48,743 nucleotides of DNA from a virus. The DNA is taken from the UHGV virus genome UHGV-1373020, one strand, 5' to 3'. Numbering within the stretch: position 1 is the first letter of the stretch; every line of letters starts with the position of its first letter. The translations under genes and the position numbers were made by a program. Under the pieces are notes generated by a model. That model was not told the origin of the DNA, searched no databases, and worked only from the letters and a program-made list of their open reading frames with translations. This document shows positions 33,189-42,119 of the stretch, piece after piece.

Positions 33189-36167
33189 TTGCATCCAATG
33201 GCTACTACCCCAACTAACAATCCAGTTCCTTCTAATAGCCTTAACGACTTCAGATTCAACTGTGAAAAAGTTGACGAGATTGTAAACTCAGGTAGTGAGA
33301 CGTACACTGATAGATTCGGTGTAGAAAGATATACCATTGATGGTGTGAGAAAAAATCTCATTCCTCTAAGTAAGCAGTATATGACGCTGGCGGATGCGCA
33401 GGCTGATATCGCAAATATCCCCGAGGGTAGCACCACGTATTACCGCAGTCCTGATGATGGTGCTCTTGCGATAGAGGTAACCAACAACGCTGGCACCCTA
33501 ACGGCAACCGGACGAAAAATGCCATCGTATGATTCATTAAGAAGGTCCAATATCCTTTTTGATACATTCAACGAACAATCGTCAGCACAATTAACTTTTG
33601 CTAACTGGGACTGGTACAAAGGTGCTACGCCAACTTTCTCTACTACTGATGTTGATTTGCCGCTTCCAACACCTGTTATTCAGGCCTCTGGTGTAACATC
33701 GTTTGATAAATATTACGACGTGTCAAAACTACAGGTAAAACCAGGAGACACTTTAGCTTTCTCTGTTTTGGTATGGTTCGAGAACGCTGGAGGCAAGTTA
33801 CAGATTTATTGGCTTGATTCAGCGGGGGCAACCATCACTACAGGGGAGGCCTCTCCTCTGGTTGCTGGCATATCCTCTCCGGTTGTGGTCATTGATGTGC
33901 CATCTGGCGCATCATCCATACGAATTCGGGTGCAAAACACTGTGTCAGGGGAGTTCAAAATCGGCGCCTATGCCGCAGCTATTGGTGATGTTACTCCTGA
34001 ATTCACAAGGCCTTTCCCTTCAAAAGCGTACCAGGAGGCATTGGGCACCCCGGATAACCTCGTGTACGACCCTTTTGGCGAGATGCTTTCCGTTCGTCCT
34101 AAGCAAGGACTTCCAGCAGGCGTGGTTGACGCCATGAGTTACACAGGAACATTGATCCAGAATAGCGCAAACTCACCGTGGGGTAAGACGGGGATTCAAA
34201 ACACCTCAGGTGTTGGTGCTGACCGCATTATTTCTCTCAGTTCGATGGGGGTTAAACCGGGAGACACAATCACTGTCCGTCTTGCTGCATGGTTCGCGTC
34301 AACGGGTGGCACGTTTCAGGTTTTCTGCCGTAATTCATCCGGAGCGCTTTCTTCGGCAACTATTTCCGCATCAGCATCCGGCTTTAATGATGGAAGTACA
34401 ACGCTGACAATACCTGCGGGCGCCACTTACCTGACTGTGAGGGCAGCGGGTTCTATGGTTAAAGAGCTGTTAGCAGTAGGCGTTGCATTTGGTCGTTCAC
34501 GCCCTGAGTTTATTTACGGTAGCCTTCCAGCAGAGTATTCAGGATACCAGCGCCAGCAGATTAACCTGTGGCCTGATCCCTGGTATCGCCGCTACGAGTG
34601 CGGGGAAACGCATATTGATGGTTGGGGTCCTGCCCAAGTAGCGGGGGTTTCACTACCAGCATATGTTGCGGATTATGCTGGCAGCCCGTTCCTTAGGAAA
34701 AAATCTCTGATTATCCCAGTAGGTGGTGGTCAGACGGATATTAACATTTCAGCAAAGCGGCTTGGACTGCGTGCTGGAGACTCACTGACAGTAGCCCTTG
34801 GAGTTATTTCATCTCAGGCTATTAATCTCGCAGCATATTTCCGGACAGCAGGCGGCACCGTTATCAGCAACTCTTCCTCGCAGCCATTTCAGTTTCCGTC
34901 GCAGCAGTATCAGACGCTGGTAAGGACAATTGCCATTACGCAGGAAATTGTGGATACAGCAGGATATCTGCAAATCCGCTTAATGAACGGGCAGACTGTT
35001 GGTCCTGCAGGAGTATACATTGTTGCGAGAGGGATTTTTGTTGGTAATGGTGCCCCCGTACTCAGTGATGATACATACCAGCAGGATGCAGACTTCACCA
35101 CTTCCAGAACGTTCACGCTGAATAAGGATTCACTCAGGGAGACGCATAAGCGCCTGATGAGCAGGAAACTGTCTCAGTCGGCAACGCTTGTAACAGCGCA
35201 CATTGGCGATAGCTGGACTCACCTGTGGAACCGATGGAGCGGAATTTTTGCCGGAAAAATGCAGGCTGACTATGGCAGTGCAGGTATCGGCTATATCGGA
35301 TTTGGCTATCCGTCTGAGGCGGGTTTCGGGCAGTATAACGGCAATATACTTGGTCAGATAACTTTGACCAAAACAGGAACATGGACGCCGACATATGCGG
35401 CAGCACAGAGCGCAGATATTTGTAGCGTATCGTCTTCTGACACTTCAGCCACTTTCAGAGCGAACGGTATACCTGCAAACGCATCGTCAGTCCGCCTTTT
35501 TGCTAAACCTCAGGGGAGTGTTAAATACAGCACAGATGGTGGAGCTAACTGGACAACTATCGACCTGAGCACGTTCACTGACCTTGCGGTTGTCAGCCTC
35601 ACGGTACCGGCAACAGCTTTCAATATCTGGTTCAGTCCGGTATCAGGAACCGTTGAACTGTACGGTCTGGATGTGCAGACCGCGACAGATGGTGTCCGGT
35701 CTCACAAGCTGGGTGCGACGGGGAGTTCTGCCAAGCAATGGGCGGCTCAGGTTACCAGCGCAACATGGCAAAAAGCATTCACAGAACTCGCGCCTAATCT
35801 GGTGACAATTCTGCACGGGACAAATGACCAAACATCGTCACGCGACCCAGCGGCATTTGCTGCCGATATTCAGACGATAATCACAGCAGTTCGCACTGCA
35901 TGCCCGTTGGCTGATGTTCTGGTGATCATGCCCTGTGAAAACCAAAGAAATAACAACGTTTCAATGGCTGCGTATGCATCGGTTGTCCGTGATGTCTGCG
36001 CATTGAATCGTGTTGCTTTTCATGACCTCCAGATTGACTATGGAGACAAGCCCTCTGATTATGCATCAACTTCCCCACGTAACTGGTTTAATGCCGACGG
36101 GATACATCCTGACCCTGCAACAGGCGGTGGATTGCCAATTGTTTCGTCTGTGTTAAAACTTCTTTAA
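33189..36167 (+). CDS. tail fibre / receptor-binding protein with three tandem repeat domains and a C-terminal SGNH (GDSL) hydrolase domain
   Basis: SGNH blocks are present: HIGDSWT (block I), ILHGTNDQ (block III) and DGIHPD (block V). Three repeats of about 120 aa start VKPGDTLAFSV, VKPGDTITVRL and LRAGDSLTVAL. Confidence 0.8.
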   Translation: MHPMATTPTNNPVPSNSLNDFRFNCEKVDEIVNSGSETYTDRFGVERYTIDGVRKNLIPLSKQYMTLADAQADIANIPEGSTTYYRSPDDGALAIEVTNNAGTLTATGRKMPSYDSLRRSNILFDTFNEQSSAQLTFANWDWYKGATPTFSTTDVDLPLPTPVIQASGVTSFDKYYDVSKLQVKPGDTLAFSVLVWFENAGGKLQIYWLDSAGATITTGEASPLVAGISSPVVVIDVPSGASSIRIRVQNTVSGEFKIGAYAAAIGDVTPEFTRPFPSKAYQEALGTPDNLVYDPFGEMLSVRPKQGLPAGVVDAMSYTGTLIQNSANSPWGKTGIQNTSGVGADRIISLSSMGVKPGDTITVRLAAWFASTGGTFQVFCRNSSGALSSATISASASGFNDGSTTLTIPAGATYLTVRAAGSMVKELLAVGVAFGRSRPEFIYGSLPAEYSGYQRQQINLWPDPWYRRYECGETHIDGWGPAQVAGVSLPAYVADYAGSPFLRKKSLIIPVGGGQTDINISAKRLGLRAGDSLTVALGVISSQAINLAAYFRTAGGTVISNSSSQPFQFPSQQYQTLVRTIAITQEIVDTAGYLQIRLMNGQTVGPAGVYIVARGIFVGNGAPVLSDDTYQQDADFTTSRTFTLNKDSLRETHKRLMSRKLSQSATLVTAHIGDSWTHLWNRWSGIFAGKMQADYGSAGIGYIGFGYPSEAGFGQYNGNILGQITLTKTGTWTPTYAAAQSADICSVSSSDTSATFRANGIPANASSVRLFAKPQGSVKYSTDGGANWTTIDLSTFTDLAVVSLTVPATAFNIWFSPVSGTVELYGLDVQTATDGVRSHKLGATGSSAKQWAAQVTSATWQKAFTELAPNLVTILHGTNDQTSSRDPAAFAADIQTIITAVRTACPLADVLVIMPCENQRNNNVSMAAYASVVRDVCALNRVAFHDLQIDYGDKPSDYASTSPRNWFNADGIHPDPATGGGLPIVSSVLKLL

Positions 36168-36171
36168 CTAA

Positions 36172-36199
36172 AAGAAAGGGCCTTGCGGCCCTTTCCTTG
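36172..36199. terminator. bidirectional terminator
   Basis: AAAGGGCC-ttgc-GGCCCTTT. Confidence 0.65.
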
Positions 36200-36200
36200 A

Positions 36201-36704
36201 TCAAAATGGAATATCATCATCAAAGTCCATCGGAGGCTCACTGACTCCTTGTTGGCTTTGTTGTTTTGGTTGTTTCTGTTGCGGATTTGTTCCCCATCCA
36301 CCTTGAGGTTGTTGTCCTGATTGCTGGCGTGGTTGTTGCTGACCTGAGTCATCACGTTTACCGCCAAGCATCTGCATGACGCCGCCCATCTGTGGAATAA
36401 CAATCTCAGTGGTATATCTGTCTACGCCGTTGCTGTCAGTCCACTTACGAGTGCGAAGCTGGCCTTCGATATAAACCTGCGAGCCTTTGCGAAGGTATTC
36501 TCCTGCAACTTCCGCAAGTTTCCCGAAAATTACCACGCGATGCCACTCAGTCTGTTCTTTCTTTTCTCCTGTTTGCTTGTCTTTCCACTGTTCAGATGTT
36601 GCAACGGAAAGATTGGCAATTGCAGAGCCTGATGCTGAATACTTAACTTCAGGGTCGTTACCGAGAGTGCCGACAATAATTACTTTATTTACGCCGCGTG
36701 CCAT
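36201..36704 (-). CDS. ssb: single-stranded DNA-binding protein
   Basis: OB-fold N-terminus, a Gln/Pro-rich linker and the C-terminal DFDDDIPF tail. Confidence 0.9.
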   Translation of the reverse strand: MARGVNKVIIVGTLGNDPEVKYSASGSAIANLSVATSEQWKDKQTGEKKEQTEWHRVVIFGKLAEVAGEYLRKGSQVYIEGQLRTRKWTDSNGVDRYTTEIVIPQMGGVMQMLGGKRDDSGQQQPRQQSGQQPQGGWGTNPQQKQPKQQSQQGVSEPPMDFDDDIPF

Positions 36705-36707
36705 TTA

Positions 36708-37379
36708 TTAAAATCCTTCAATTGGAGTTGGTTTATGTTCGGTTTTGGTTTCTTCCTGCGGTTCTGGCTGTTGTGGTTGCGGTTTAGCCAGTTTTGCAGG
36801 ATTGAATGATTCGCCTGACACCATGAATTTTGCCTTCATCTCCTGATAAGCGCCAACAATAACGCGAGTTGCTGCATCATCACCACGGAACGCCTTATAT
36901 TCATCGCCATAGATTGCAGTCAACTCTTCCATGCTGGATGCGTTGCGAATCAATGCGACAGCATCCTTTGGCGATTTGCGAGCTGCATTGCCATCATCAT
37001 CAGCCTGAGCAATACCAAACATTGCCGCGATGGAATATCTGCGTGCATACGTCATTGCGGAGCCATACCCTTGCGCATCCTTCTTAGCTACTGGCATTGG
37101 CATCACTGATGACATGTACTCTCCAGACTCATGCATTATCGTTGTTTCAAGTTTAAGCACATCCATTGAATCGCCATCAATGGCATTCTGGATGATTATA
37201 AGGCCGTTTGCCTCAAGCGCAGGGCGTATTGCATCAAGAAACGACTCAAGGTTCGCGTAATTACTTTTCAGGTGTGGGTTTTTCGCGTTTTTCTTTGCTC
37301 CACTGCTCATCACCTTGCGAGCCTCAACCAGAGCCTTAATCAGATTTGCTTTCTGTTCCGAGAAAATCATTTGCATCAC
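36708..37379 (-). CDS. erf: Erf-family single-strand annealing protein
   Basis: NPHLKSNYANLESFLDAIRPALEANGL matches the ERF superfamily signature (from memory). Confidence 0.7.
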   Translation of the reverse strand: MMQMIFSEQKANLIKALVEARKVMSSGAKKNAKNPHLKSNYANLESFLDAIRPALEANGLIIIQNAIDGDSMDVLKLETTIMHESGEYMSSVMPMPVAKKDAQGYGSAMTYARRYSIAAMFGIAQADDDGNAARKSPKDAVALIRNASSMEELTAIYGDEYKAFRGDDAATRVIVGAYQEMKAKFMVSGESFNPAKLAKPQPQQPEPQEETKTEHKPTPIEGF

Positions 37380-37387
37380 CTCACTAA

Positions 37388-38329
37388 TTATAAATTAAAT
37401 TGCTTCTTGAACCATTCCGGCGTTTCCATTTCGATGATAGGATTACCCATTGAATAACCAGGCCACGAATTAGCCTTTTTGCACGCTTTGTAAATTTCCA
37501 TAGCACCATTCAACTGAATGCGACCGATTCGTAATTGCTCTTCAGTCAAACGAATCAAAGCAGGAATAAACGGAGATTTCTTTTCCTGAACTAAAAGGTT
37601 TACCGAACGCGGTGCATGGCCGTATGCCGCAACAAACATGTCGTGCTGCATCGCCATTTTCATAAAGTACCCAAGTCGCGCAGCATGTCGGAAAAACTCA
37701 TCAGGCTTAGCACTTGCTGCTGTCTTGTAGTCAATGATGTCACCACCTTTTGTCAGGCAGTCAAAACGAACCTTTGCTTTTTCTCCGTTAAGTTCACCGA
37801 GGATTGACACTTCCGCATAAGCGCCAGAGAGAAGACTGCTGTAATAGCTGTTTGCGTGGATTACAGCACGCATTTGCTGAATGGCATCATAATCACCACC
37901 TTCCAGCATTTGCTTTCCAGACGCAGATTTTTCAGCTTCTTCACGGATAACATCGTAAATCTTTACAGATTCTCCAGTAGACTGAATGATTTTGATCACC
38001 TCAGCTTTCGACTTCCCTGAAAGTCCTTTGATGCCACGCTCTTTCGCCCATGAGTTCATGTCACTTACGGTAACAAGCAGGTCTTCACCAAAATCTTCTT
38101 TGGTTGGCATGCGTGCATATTCAGCATCGAAACGCTCAGGTTCAAGAAGTGCGGTATGACTTCCTGTTCCGAATACAAGAGCTTTTGACTGCTCATCTTC
38201 TTCGTCTTTGTAGCGCCACGCTGCTGGACATCTGTCATATATGTTCCACAGGCCAGAGCCGTTGATGTGCTCTGTGTCAGCGTGATACTGCCCATTTGTG
38301 AGTTCGTTGTTGAAGTACACTTTCATCAC
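37388..38329 (-). CDS. PD-(D/E)XK recombination exonuclease (YqaJ / Cas4-like fold)
   Basis: D...RFDCL..GGDIIDYKT core. Adjacent to the SSAP. Confidence 0.7.
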   Translation of the reverse strand: MMKVYFNNELTNGQYHADTEHINGSGLWNIYDRCPAAWRYKDEEDEQSKALVFGTGSHTALLEPERFDAEYARMPTKEDFGEDLLVTVSDMNSWAKERGIKGLSGKSKAEVIKIIQSTGESVKIYDVIREEAEKSASGKQMLEGGDYDAIQQMRAVIHANSYYSSLLSGAYAEVSILGELNGEKAKVRFDCLTKGGDIIDYKTAASAKPDEFFRHAARLGYFMKMAMQHDMFVAAYGHAPRSVNLLVQEKKSPFIPALIRLTEEQLRIGRIQLNGAMEIYKACKKANSWPGYSMGNPIIEMETPEWFKKQFNL

Positions 38330-38360
38330 TCAAACTCCACAAAATCACCACCAACCATGC

Positions 38361-38513
38361 TTACCACAATAAACCAGACTCATCTTCGTACCATCCATTC
38401 CATGCGTTTCCTGCATCATCATTAATGCGAAACTGCATTCCGTTGAACTCTGCATCATACAGCTCACCCTCTGTAAATCTGAAACTCGTTGAACTTGCAC
38501 AGAATAATTTCAT
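38361..38513 (-). CDS. hypothetical protein (50 aa)
   Basis: MKLFCASSTSFRFTEGELYDAEFNGMQFRINDDAGNAWNGWYEDESGLLW with a GAGGTG SD. Absent from the ORF track. Confidence 0.4.
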   Translation of the reverse strand: MKLFCASSTSFRFTEGELYDAEFNGMQFRINDDAGNAWNGWYEDESGLLW

Positions 38514-38551
38514 CTTCATCACCTCTCTTGTTATTGTTAGTTGAATCTACA

Positions 38552-38986
38552 TCAATCAACACCTGAAAGCAAGCCAAAATAGAAAAGCGTGGCTTTTTTT
38601 AGTTGTTCAGCACCGTATGCGATGGCTGCGAACTTGCCTTCTCTATGCGCTCTCTCAAGAAATTTACGTTGGTCTTTTGATACCTGAGATTTCGTTCTAT
38701 CTTCTTTCTTAAGCTCCATTACTGCGCAAGAATGAGCAACACCATCGCTTAGTATAATTACGTCGCTCACTCCGCTTTTTACGCCCATTTTTTTTCTCTT
38801 TATAACGAACTGCGCACCGCTTTTTGTCCCTGTCTCATTTGGAACATGAAACCATATAACATCAGGGAAGTGATAATCCATCCACAACCCATAAGTCATC
38901 TGTTCCGTTTCCTCTGAATTACACTCCCCACGATAACCGCTATCAAATACCCATATCCCGCTATCAAGCTGCTTCACTTTGCTCAC
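38552..38986 (-). CDS. VRR-NUC domain nuclease
   Basis: PD-(D/E)XK-type motif DVIILSDG...AVMELK. Confidence 0.7.
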   Translation of the reverse strand: MSKVKQLDSGIWVFDSGYRGECNSEETEQMTYGLWMDYHFPDVIWFHVPNETGTKSGAQFVIKRKKMGVKSGVSDVIILSDGVAHSCAVMELKKEDRTKSQVSKDQRKFLERAHREGKFAAIAYGAEQLKKATLFYFGLLSGVD

Positions 38987-40577
38987 CTGTAAAATCTTTT
39001 CTGTGGATTATGTCGCGACCTTTATCGTTGATACGATGCGTGATGCGTTTTGGCGCTTTAATCAATCCAGCATACATCATGAATTGCTTAGCATTCTGGC
39101 ATTTCAGGATTTTCCCTGCCATTGACTTATCATCAAGGTGAGGAAAGACCGCCTTTGCCTTGAACATGTTTTTCATGTGAGTTGCGCCGCCATAAGGGTA
39201 GAAAACTTCGTTAGCCCAGCCCTCTCTTCCATCACAACGATTAATCCAGTAGCGATACAAAATACCCTCTCCATCCTTCGTCAACTGGACTTTGAAGTCC
39301 ATAACATCAGCCCATTCGTTGTCGGTATACGCACGCTCATTCAGTGCCGCATTCGGGTCGCGCAAAACATGATCGCAATGTCGGCAATAACGTGCAGTAG
39401 GGTCGTTTTTAGTGCCGCAGCCATCATCAAAAATACGGATGCCGTGCTTATCAAAACCGCAACGGATATAACTGAAAAACTCCTCGCAGCGACCATCTGG
39501 CGACAATGCATCTTTGCCAATGCAGCGGCGCGCATATGGACTGTTCATTGTTCCGCACTTAGGACACGGAACCTGTTCACCACTGCGTTTTGAACGTTGC
39601 GCTTCGGCCTCTTCCAGAATCGGGTCTTCATACAGCTGACCAAGTTCAAACATCGTGCCTGAGAAATCAAGAACCAGATGGTCTTCTTTATGATACCCGG
39701 CATCAATTTGCTCTTTCTTCAGCAAGCGCATTCCGCGACCAAGCAACTGAACAAGAAGGGTGAGTGACATTATTTTTCGTAATATTACAGATGTATCCCA
39801 AAGTGGGATGTTGACGCCGGTCGTCAAACAACCAATCTGGAAAACATATTTAATCTTGCCAGTGTATGCGTCTTTTAACGCCTTGCGTCTGGCTTTCATG
39901 CCCATATCTTCGGTGACAATCGCGTAACTCCCTTCAGGTAAATATTTTGCCGCCTCCTGACAGTGCTTCTTGCCAGCGCAAGTAATCAATATGCCATTTC
40001 TGTTTTTTGTCAGCTCCATAACCTTAAGCATGATTTTCTGCGTCAGCGTACCTTGCTCAAGGATTTCTTTCTGCATCTGCTTGAGCTGCTCGGAAGTAAA
40101 ATCCTGCGTGCCATCGCTTCCTGATGCCTCAAATGCTGACAGATCGTAATGCAAATCATCAATGTCATGCAGCCCAAAAATCGTCGGAACAAGGAACCCA
40201 ATATCAACAAGATATTTGGTATCGATGTTTACTATTTCATGTTTCCAGTAAGCACCCTTAATCGAGTCGGTGCCACGAAACGGACTACCTGTGTATCCAA
40301 TAACAATGACATCGTGACCGTATTTAGCCTTACATCTGCGGTTAAGTTCAGTCATGATGACGCCATATTGCGTTTCAGGACTTTCGCTTACCACGTCCTC
40401 CCAGTTCATCTGGTGGCAGTTATGAGCCACGAATCCGTTTGCAACAAAATTGTGATGGATAGGCATCTCTATATCCCACACCATCTCATCACCAATTTCA
40501 CTTATTGACTCGATTACTTTTGATTTTGTATTCCACGCCATCTTCCATGTGGTCAGCAACTCTTTTAAAAAACTCAT
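38964..40577 (-). CDS. C-terminal piece of the intein-interrupted SF2 helicase: intein C-segment then C-extein
   Basis: The intein C-segment (40419-40577) carries block F/G ...VIESISEIGDEMVWDIEMPIHHNFVANGFVAHN. The C-extein (38964-40418) starts CHQ and has motif VI QLLGRGMR and a C-terminal multi-CxxC region. Confidence 0.75.
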   Translation of the reverse strand: MSFLKELLTTWKMAWNTKSKVIESISEIGDEMVWDIEMPIHHNFVANGFVAHNCHQMNWEDVVSESPETQYGVIMTELNRRCKAKYGHDVIVIGYTGSPFRGTDSIKGAYWKHEIVNIDTKYLVDIGFLVPTIFGLHDIDDLHYDLSAFEASGSDGTQDFTSEQLKQMQKEILEQGTLTQKIMLKVMELTKNRNGILITCAGKKHCQEAAKYLPEGSYAIVTEDMGMKARRKALKDAYTGKIKYVFQIGCLTTGVNIPLWDTSVILRKIMSLTLLVQLLGRGMRLLKKEQIDAGYHKEDHLVLDFSGTMFELGQLYEDPILEEAEAQRSKRSGEQVPCPKCGTMNSPYARRCIGKDALSPDGRCEEFFSYIRCGFDKHGIRIFDDGCGTKNDPTARYCRHCDHVLRDPNAALNERAYTDNEWADVMDFKVQLTKDGEGILYRYWINRCDGREGWANEVFYPYGGATHMKNMFKAKAVFPHLDDKSMAGKILKCQNAKQFMMYAGLIKAPKRITHRINDKGRDIIHRKDFTGEQSEAA

Positions 40578-41561
40578 CCTGCGCTTCCTCATCAAAAATA
40601 TTTACATAAAACATTTCGCGTTTTTTCGTTCCGCCGATGTAAGAATTAACTCGCGCTCCATTTAATCCAAGAAAATCATTCAATGCATTAGCTACTTCCC
40701 AACATTCACCCTCCCTGAATGCCTCAGTATGAATACATACCTGCCTGTACTTGCCATCACTTATTGTTGAATGCCCATCATCACCAAAATAAACAGCCCA
40801 GCCAACTTCGTTTAACTCCCTGCATATCTTTCCTATGCTGTACCCATTTGCTGAGTCACCATATTTCTCAGCGTACCCGTCAAGTATCTTTGTGCATGAC
40901 GTCCTGACCTGAAACCATTTGTCACCGAATCCTGGATTATCTCTTTCCCTGTATGCTGCATTAAGTTTTTTGAATCTTGCCGCCTTACACAGAGCGTGAT
41001 CTTTATTCCCCATGTTCCACATTAGTCTGTGAGTTCCCCTTTTCGTGTTCTTAATCAGGCACCCATCACCAGCAAGAGCAGCGAGTATGTTTTGATGCAA
41101 GAAGTCATCAATAACAAGGTCGCTATCAACGGTTGAATTATGATGACCAGACCTAAAATCAACATAGTAACCGTAAGGATTTTCCAGTAATGCACTCAAC
41201 CCTTTGCCCGTGTGCGGAAAAACCTTTTCGCCACAGCCACACTTGCACGAAGGAGCTTTGTCATAAATCTGTCCGACGAGCCATCTAACGACAGAGTCAT
41301 TCCAGCCTTTAGTTTTCCCGCTTCTACCCAGCAGCCGTTTGAATAAAGTTTGTGTGTACTCGTGCATTTTATTTCCTCACCGCCTCTTAATTTAATTGAT
41401 GATACACTCTTTATACCATTAGTAAATACTCTTTTAGGTTTGTGGTACATCCATTCACCAGTAACTTCATCTAAGCATTTGATTTCTTTATTTATTAAAC
41501 TATCGTCATCAATTCTCACCCACCCATCACTCGTTAATATCAGTGCATCACCAGTCAAGCA
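40419..41561 (-). mobile_element. LAGLIDADG-type intein inserted in helicase motif II (DE | CH)
   Basis: Block A starts at the Cys directly after DE. HNF...HN is followed by Cys. Removing it gives the spliced junction FVLMDE-CHQMNW, a DECH box. Confidence 0.75.
40498..41367 (-). CDS. LAGLIDADG homing-endonuclease domain of the intein, in a frame shifted from both splicing domains
   Basis: Two dodecapeptide-like motifs about 95 aa apart (ILAALAGDGCL and WAVYFGDDGHS), preceded by a CKCGCG zinc-knuckle-like DNA-recognition region. A GAGG SD lies 8-12 nt upstream of the ATG at 41367. Confidence 0.65.
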   Translation of the reverse strand: MHEYTQTLFKRLLGRSGKTKGWNDSVVRWLVGQIYDKAPSCKCGCGEKVFPHTGKGLSALLENPYGYYVDFRSGHHNSTVDSDLVIDDFLHQNILAALAGDGCLIKNTKRGTHRLMWNMGNKDHALCKAARFKKLNAAYRERDNPGFGDKWFQVRTSCTKILDGYAEKYGDSANGYSIGKICRELNEVGWAVYFGDDGHSTISDGKYRQVCIHTEAFREGECWEVANALNDFLGLNGARVNSYIGGTKKREMFYVNIFDEEAQDEFFKRVADHMEDGVEYKIKSNRVNK

Positions 41562-42044
41562 CTCATCCATAAGAACAAAACGAGGGCAAAAATCGGAAAG
41601 TGCACCTTTAGAAAGTAAATTACCTGACTCGTCCTTCTTATCGAAAAGACCATTTATTATTGTTCCCTCAGTCCCAGCAATAAGTGGATATGCCGTTGAC
41701 TTTCTGCCAAGAGCAGCGCTAAAAAGTGAGTTTTTCACACTCAGATTCCATAGCTCTTCCGCATCCTGCTCAATAATTTCTGGCTGTCTTGCAATAACAA
41801 GCCCTTCCCACCCCATATCCTGAAAGCGTCGCGCAATCATGGCAATCATGATCGTCTTACCAGCACCTACTGATGCAGTCACAAAACTTGGTTTCGGGTC
41901 TTTGCCAAACTTGCGGATAACTTCAGCCGTCTTTTCATAAACCAGCCACTGATATGGTCGCGGCTCAATTTCCCCTGTATGAACAACTGACCGCAATTTA
42001 TCTATGTCAAGTTCCGCAATCATTGCGTCTATTTTATGCGTCAT
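41196..42044 (-). CDS. N-terminal piece of the helicase: N-extein then intein N-segment
   Basis: The N-extein (41562-42044) has Walker A SVGAGKT and ends with FVLMDE of motif II. The intein N-segment (41199-41561) has block A CLTGDALIL and block B TSTHKLY. The last 30 or so aa look out of frame. Confidence 0.75.
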   Translation of the reverse strand: MTHKIDAMIAELDIDKLRSVVHTGEIEPRPYQWLVYEKTAEVIRKFGKDPKPSFVTASVGAGKTIMIAMIARRFQDMGWEGLVIARQPEIIEQDAEELWNLSVKNSLFSAALGRKSTAYPLIAGTEGTIINGLFDKKDESGNLLSKGALSDFCPRFVLMDECLTGDALILTSDGWVRIDDDSLINKEIKCLDEVTGEWMYHKPKRVFTNGIKSVSSIKLRGGEEIKCTSTHKLYSNGCWVEAGKLKAGMTLSLDGSSDRFMTKLLRASVAVAKRFFRTRAKG

Positions 42045-42060
42045 AGCAAATAACCTTTGT

Positions 42061-42090
42061 TGATGTTTCTACGTCAATTAGCTTATACTC
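42061..42090 (+). promoter_or_regulatory. putative promoter TTGATG-N18-TATACT for the primase gene
   Basis: The spacer carries a TTTCTACGTCAAT 13-mer variant, with CAATCTACACC downstream. Confidence 0.4.
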
Positions 42091-42119
42091 AATCTACACC
42101 AACAATCAAGGGTCAATTT

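Noticed and set aside
39138-41823. + strand ORFs (39138-39593, 40149-40508, 41350-41823) inside the helicase / intein locus
   Set aside because: They are antisense shadows of the - strand coding sequence.
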